A stretch of 20,000 nt of DNA from an uncultured virus (IMG/VR IMGVR_UViG_3300002773_000047) (lineage: Duplodnaviria > Heunggongvirae > Uroviricota > Caudoviricetes), in the IMG/VR virus record IMGVR_UViG_3300002773_000047. One strand, 5' to 3'. Under the pieces are notes generated by a model. It made no database searches, had not been told where the DNA came from, and saw nothing but the letters and a program-made list of their open reading frames with translations. Positions within the stretch are counted from its first letter, which is position 1. Every line of letters begins with the position of its first letter. Below, in pieces: positions 16,724 to 20,000 of the stretch. Made by a program: the position numbers and the translations under genes.

Positions 16724-16764
16724 CCCCTCTGGGGTTCGACCGTTGGCGCTCAGCTCGGAATCAT
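16724..16764 (+). promoter_or_regulatory. Phage late-promoter-like motif, copy 3
   Basis: CCCCTCTGGGGTTCGAC (16724-16740); TCGACC, 17-nt spacer, AATCAT (16759-16764); holin ATG 9 nt downstream. Confidence 0.7.
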
Positions 16765-16772
16765 CTGGGCTC

Positions 16773-17042
16773 ATGCGCAACGAAACCATCGACACCTTGG
16801 CCGCCGTGGGCGGAAAAGCAACTGCCACCGGCGTAGGCATGACCAGCGTCGGCTGGTTCCTCTCGAACGAATTCTTCGGGCTGGTCGGCGCATTCGTTGC
16901 CGTCGCGGGCCTGCTGGTCGCTTGGTACTACAAGCGTGAGGCAAACCGGCGCCAGGTCGTCGAACATGAGCTGCGCGTTGCTCGCCTTCGCCTTGGCATG
17001 CGTTCCGACACCGATCTCGGCGAACTGGGTAGGGACGACTGA
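16773..17042 (+). CDS. Phage holin (89 aa)
   Basis: Small protein with a weakly hydrophobic first segment and strong TM segment FFGLVGAFVAVAGLLVAWYY followed by a charged tail; TGATG-coupled to the endolysin. Confidence 0.8.
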   Translation: MRNETIDTLAAVGGKATATGVGMTSVGWFLSNEFFGLVGAFVAVAGLLVAWYYKREANRRQVVEHELRVARLRLGMRSDTDLGELGRDD

Positions 17043-17593
17043 TGAAGGGCGTGCGCATCGCAGTAGCCGCGCTGACGCTCTCGGCGGCTGGCTTCGCCGC
17101 CTGGGTGCAGCACGAAGGCACGGGGCCCATCGCAGTCCGCTCGGATGGCGTCGAGGTGCTGAAGCCCTACATCCCGACCGAGGGCGATGTCCCCACCATC
17201 GGCCACGGATCGACGCGCTACGAAGGCGGCACGCGCGTGACGCTCGCTGATCCGCCCATCACGCGCCGTCGCGCTGAAGAGCTCGCGCGCAACCTCAACC
17301 GCGTCGAAGAGCGGCGCTTCGCCGCCTCGTTGCCCGGTGTGAGCATGACGCAGGAGGAGTTCGACCTCTACATCGACTTCGTGGGCCAGTACGGGATGTC
17401 GAACTGGTCGGGCTCAAGCATGCGGCGTGCTCTGCTCGCCGGCCAGCCGCGGGCCGCCTGCGATGCGCTGCTCAACTGGCGCTTCCAGGCCGGTCGGGAC
17501 TGCAAGCTGCCACAGAACTGGGGCCCGAAAGGCTGCAAGGGCGTGTGGCTACGACAGCAGGCGCGGCACCAAGCCTGCATTGCTGCGCAGTAG
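17042..17593 (+). CDS. Endolysin, GH24 phage lysozyme, probable SAR type
   Basis: Ala/Gly-rich N-terminal hydrophobic segment followed by HEG, then PYIPTEGDVPTIGHGST (E...D...T triad), ACDALLNW and C-terminal GVWLR...C. Confidence 0.9.
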   Translation: MKGVRIAVAALTLSAAGFAAWVQHEGTGPIAVRSDGVEVLKPYIPTEGDVPTIGHGSTRYEGGTRVTLADPPITRRRAEELARNLNRVEERRFAASLPGVSMTQEEFDLYIDFVGQYGMSNWSGSSMRRALLAGQPRAACDALLNWRFQAGRDCKLPQNWGPKGCKGVWLRQQARHQACIAAQ

Positions 17594-17602
17594 GGGGAAA
17601 CG

Positions 17603-18124
17603 ATGCTGCCCGACTTCAAGACTCCTCTGCTGTGGGTGCTCGGCCTCGCTCTCGTCGCCACACTGGCCACGGCCGGCATCGAGCGCACGCGCGCAGCTGG
17701 TGCTCGCGCTGATGCTACGACCGCGCGCAAGGATCTCGCCGACTACCGTGCTTCGCAGGCCGAATCCGGCCGTCTGGCCGAGCGCGCCGCGCGCACCCAA
17801 GAACAGACCTGGCGCGCTCGCGTCGATGGAGTGATTCAAGATGGTCAAAAACAGATTGCCCGTGCTCGGGACGATGCTGGCCGTGCTGGTGCTGCTGAAC
17901 GCCGGCTGCGCGAACAGCTTGACGCCTATCGCGCCGCCGTCCGCGCAGCCACCACAGCGCCCGCGGCTGCCGGCGGAAGCCCGCCAGCCGAAGCCGCCCT
18001 CGATCTGCTCACCGACCTGCTCAGCGGGAGTGGAACGGCTCTTCGGGAGCTGGGGCAGTTCGCTGACGCTGCCCACAGCGCCGGCACCATCTGCGAGCGG
18101 TACGCCGACTCCACAGAGCCCTGA
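17603..18124 (+). CDS. Rz: Rz-like inner-membrane spanin (DUF2514-like)
   Basis: GGGGG RBS-like run; N-terminal TM helix, coiled-coil body, C-terminal GTICERYAD; follows the endolysin. Confidence 0.85.
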   Translation: MLPDFKTPLLWVLGLALVATLATAGIERTRAAGARADATTARKDLADYRASQAESGRLAERAARTQEQTWRARVDGVIQDGQKQIARARDDAGRAGAAERRLREQLDAYRAAVRAATTAPAAAGGSPPAEAALDLLTDLLSGSGTALRELGQFADAAHSAGTICERYADSTEP

Positions 18125-18131
18125 GAACTAG
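17841..18131 (+). CDS. Rz1: Rz1-like outer-membrane lipoprotein spanin overlapping Rz in the +1 frame
   Basis: GGAG at 17828-17831; signal peptide with lipobox LNAGC; Pro-rich mature region with CSPTC; classic Rz/Rz1 overlap. Confidence 0.85.
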   Translation: MVKNRLPVLGTMLAVLVLLNAGCANSLTPIAPPSAQPPQRPRLPAEARQPKPPSICSPTCSAGVERLFGSWGSSLTLPTAPAPSASGTPTPQSPEN

Positions 18132-18154
18132 CCCCAGCAGCGCTGGGCCTGCAC

Positions 18155-18664
18155 CTACCGCCTTTCGGCAATGGCGCGAGCGACGAGCTGCAGCGCCTCT
18201 TCTGCCGTTGAGGCAACCATCACCGAGCGCGCCAGCATGAGGTTCATCGATAGCCCGAAGTCCTCGACGGCCAGGCCATCCGCGTCACGCAGCATGCCTT
18301 TGTCATCGCGCTGGGCGCTTGGAACTCGGGCCGCATAGTCGCCAGGCGGCAGGCCGTAGCCGATCACAGGCAGGCCCAGCGCCACGGCCGCGCCCACCTC
18401 GAACACTGTTCCTGAATCGGGCTCAGCGCCTCGGAACGGCGCGAGATTTGCCACCACACCGTCGGCAGATCGCAGCATCGCGATGTTGCTGGCGTAGATG
18501 CTGTGCGGTGACGTGGTGGGCGTGATCGACTCGTCGAAGGGGGCCAGCGCCTGAAGCCCAATGCGTTCGCACGCGGCCGCGAGCAGGGCGAAGTAATGCG
18601 CGGCGTCGGGCCGGAAGACATCGGGGCCGGCCAGGTAGACGCGAGGGCGCGAGGAGGAGCTCAT
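18155..18664 (-). CDS. Nucleoside 2-deoxyribosyltransferase / nucleotide N-glycosidase family protein (169 aa)
   Basis: VYLAGPDVF, ADGVVANL, DSGTVFEVGAAVALG (catalytic Glu) and NLML motifs; start taken at MSSSSRPRVYLAGP. Confidence 0.88.
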   Translation of the reverse strand: MSSSSRPRVYLAGPDVFRPDAAHYFALLAAACERIGLQALAPFDESITPTTSPHSIYASNIAMLRSADGVVANLAPFRGAEPDSGTVFEVGAAVALGLPVIGYGLPPGDYAARVPSAQRDDKGMLRDADGLAVEDFGLSMNLMLARSVMVASTAEEALQLVARAIAERR

Positions 18665-18731
18665 CTGCCAAGTATGCCGCTCGAGCAACGCCAGGGGCAG
18701 AATGCCGCCCAACTCATTGAGCACCCATGCC

Positions 18732-19202
18732 ATGGCAAATTTTCCTCGGGCTTTTGTGAAATTCCTGCCGAAGCGTCAGCGTATTGCATGGTCACGTCGC
18801 GTGACGAAAGAGGCTTACGAAAAGGATCTTGCTGAAGCCAAAGCCGCAAAGGACTGGAAGCTGGTGCAAGACCTGAAATCGCGACGCATGTTTGAGCTCC
18901 GGCTTATCGACGAGGAAGAGGGTGAGTTTCTGACGGGGAAGTTGGTAGCCGAGGCGCACAAATTTGTTGTCCCCCTTCCGTCCAAGAGAACGGAAGCCGG
19001 CCAAGAGTCTGAGTTCTGGTACCAGGGGACAGAGACGGGGCAGTGGATACTGACCATCAAGGCGCAACGGGATCTCCGCGATGAAATCCGCCGCGAGAAA
19101 AAAGCGCGGCATGAATCGCGATTTCTTTGGACTTCTTGGATCTCGGCGTTGACGGGGTTGCTGGGGGTCGTGACGGGCCTTGTAGCGCTTCTTAAAAAGT
19201 GA
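18732..19202 (+). CDS. Hypothetical protein with C-terminal transmembrane anchor (156 aa)
   Basis: Long ORF in a visibly lower-GC segment; charged helical body and terminal WISALTGLLGVVTGLVALLKK; start uncertain (18702 or 18732). Confidence 0.7.
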   Translation: MANFPRAFVKFLPKRQRIAWSRRVTKEAYEKDLAEAKAAKDWKLVQDLKSRRMFELRLIDEEEGEFLTGKLVAEAHKFVVPLPSKRTEAGQESEFWYQGTETGQWILTIKAQRDLRDEIRREKKARHESRFLWTSWISALTGLLGVVTGLVALLKK

Positions 19203-19321
19203 AGTGACGGGCCTGAACCGCGGGAACGAAGGGCTGGGATGCCACGCCAGAGCGAGGCTGAAAGACTGCTAGAATTCCCACCAACGCAGCCGTAACCCGC
19301 ATGGATGTTGGTTCGACGCCA

Positions 19322-19370
19322 CAGATTGTGATTCTGGTCGTCGTGGGTTCGAGTCCCATCAGCCACCCCA
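19322..19370 (+). repeat. attR: duplicated 3' portion of tRNA-His(GTG)
   Basis: CAGA-TTGTGAT-TCTG anticodon arm, GTGGG-TTCGAGT-CCCAT T arm, CAGCCACCCCA 3' end; no matching 5' acceptor strand or D arm upstream. Confidence 0.88.
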
Positions 19371-19384
19371 AAAAATATCTCCTT

Positions 19385-19406
19385 GCCGCTATTGCGCAAT
19401 AGCGGC
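19385..19406. repeat. Perfect 22-bp palindrome GCCGCTATTGCGCAATAGCGGC
   Basis: Self-complementary over 22 nt, just downstream of the tRNA fragment. Confidence 0.8.
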
Positions 19407-19420
19407 GTTCAAAGGATCTC

Positions 19421-19450
19421 GACGCCGGGCTTGTCCCGGCGTTGTCATTT
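19421..19450 (+). terminator. Probable intrinsic terminator of the original tRNA-His locus
   Basis: ACGCCGGG-CTTGT-CCCGGCGT stem-loop followed by TGTCATTT. Confidence 0.5.
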
Positions 19451-19655
19451 CCGGCCGTCGCATCTCCTGTTGCCTGCGCGCCGAAGACTCTTTTTCCATC
19501 CTGCCTGCATATAAGACGTCAACCGCGGCGTGCACTTTACGTTGCGAGTTGTTGCACTAATGCAATGCGCCGCCAATTTTTTCGCGTGGTAAGGCACTTG
19601 TGGCAAATGTAAACTGAATTAAAATCGCCCCGTTTTCAATTCCAGGAGTCCAACA

Positions 19656-20000
19656 ATGGCTTCGACCCTCGCCGATATCAATTCCCAGATCAAGAAGCAT
19701 GACGAGCAGATTGCGCAATTGCGCAAGCAGGCCGAAGACCTGCGCAACCAGGAGCGCGCTGGTGTGATCGAGGAGTTGCGCAGGAAGATTGCCGAATATG
19801 GTTTGACCGCTTCCGATCTGAAGCTGACCGGCCGCGTGGGCTCCGCCAAGCGCAGCGCAACTGCTGCGCCGGCCAAGGCGGCTGCTAAATATCGCAGCCC
19901 GACCGGCGAAACCTGGTCTGGCGGCCGCGGCCGCAAGCCGCGCTGGGTGACCGAGGCATTGGCCGCGGGCAAGTCGCTTTCCGATTACGAGATCAAGTAA
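19656..20000 (+). CDS. hns: H-NS family nucleoid-associated protein (114 aa), host gene
   Basis: AGGAG RBS; N-terminal coiled coil; KYRSPTGETWSGGRGRKPRWV DNA-binding signature; TAA at 19998-20000. Confidence 0.93.
   Translation: MASTLADINSQIKKHDEQIAQLRKQAEDLRNQERAGVIEELRRKIAEYGLTASDLKLTGRVGSAKRSATAAPAKAAAKYRSPTGETWSGGRGRKPRWVTEALAAGKSLSDYEIK

Larger units (their letters stand above)
1..19370. mobile_element. Prophage (right end) integrated at tRNA-His
   Basis: Virion-type genes, complete lysis cassette and a tRNA 3' fragment at the boundary with a host-type gene; integrase and attL lie outside the window. Confidence 0.88.

Noticed and set aside
1008..16740. GGGTTCGA in the repeated motif resembles a tRNA T-loop or a secondary att site
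   Set aside because: No T-stem complement or cloverleaf around any copy; fixed spacing to a -10-like element fits a promoter better.
19290..19370. Complete tRNA-His gene
   Set aside because: The 5' acceptor strand and D arm are missing; only the 3' 49 nt are tRNA-like.
1..20000. CRISPR array, insertion sequence, intein or reverse-transcriptase element
   Set aside because: No regularly spaced repeats, transposase, intein terminal residues or RT motifs were seen.

Overview
GC-rich (betaproteobacterial, Comamonadaceae-like) DNA carrying the right end of a prophage integrated at a tRNA-His gene. In order: the end of a virion gene, an antisense DUF4124-type accessory gene, a 672-aa Ala/Pro-rich putative internal virion protein, a 4375-aa DarB-like polyvalent protein (pyrophosphatase-like, N6-adenine methyltransferase, SNF2 helicase, HExxH peptidase, ART-like and PLxRFG domains), a second antisense accessory gene, a holin / SAR-endolysin / Rz-Rz1 lysis cassette, a nucleoside deoxyribosyltransferase-family gene and a membrane-anchored hypothetical, the attR copy of the tRNA-His 3' half, and the host H-NS gene. 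Two features stand out. (1) Three small ORFs nested in the +1 frame inside the 13-kb giant gene, each with its own expression signal and with codon bias shifting into the nested frame; one lies in an insertion within the ART-like domain. (2) A three-copy phage promoter motif CCCCYSTRGGGTTCGAC-N14-TCSGAANNNT upstream of the late genes, two copies of which imply leaderless or near-leaderless mRNAs. Family assignments come from motif recognition only; no database searches were run.
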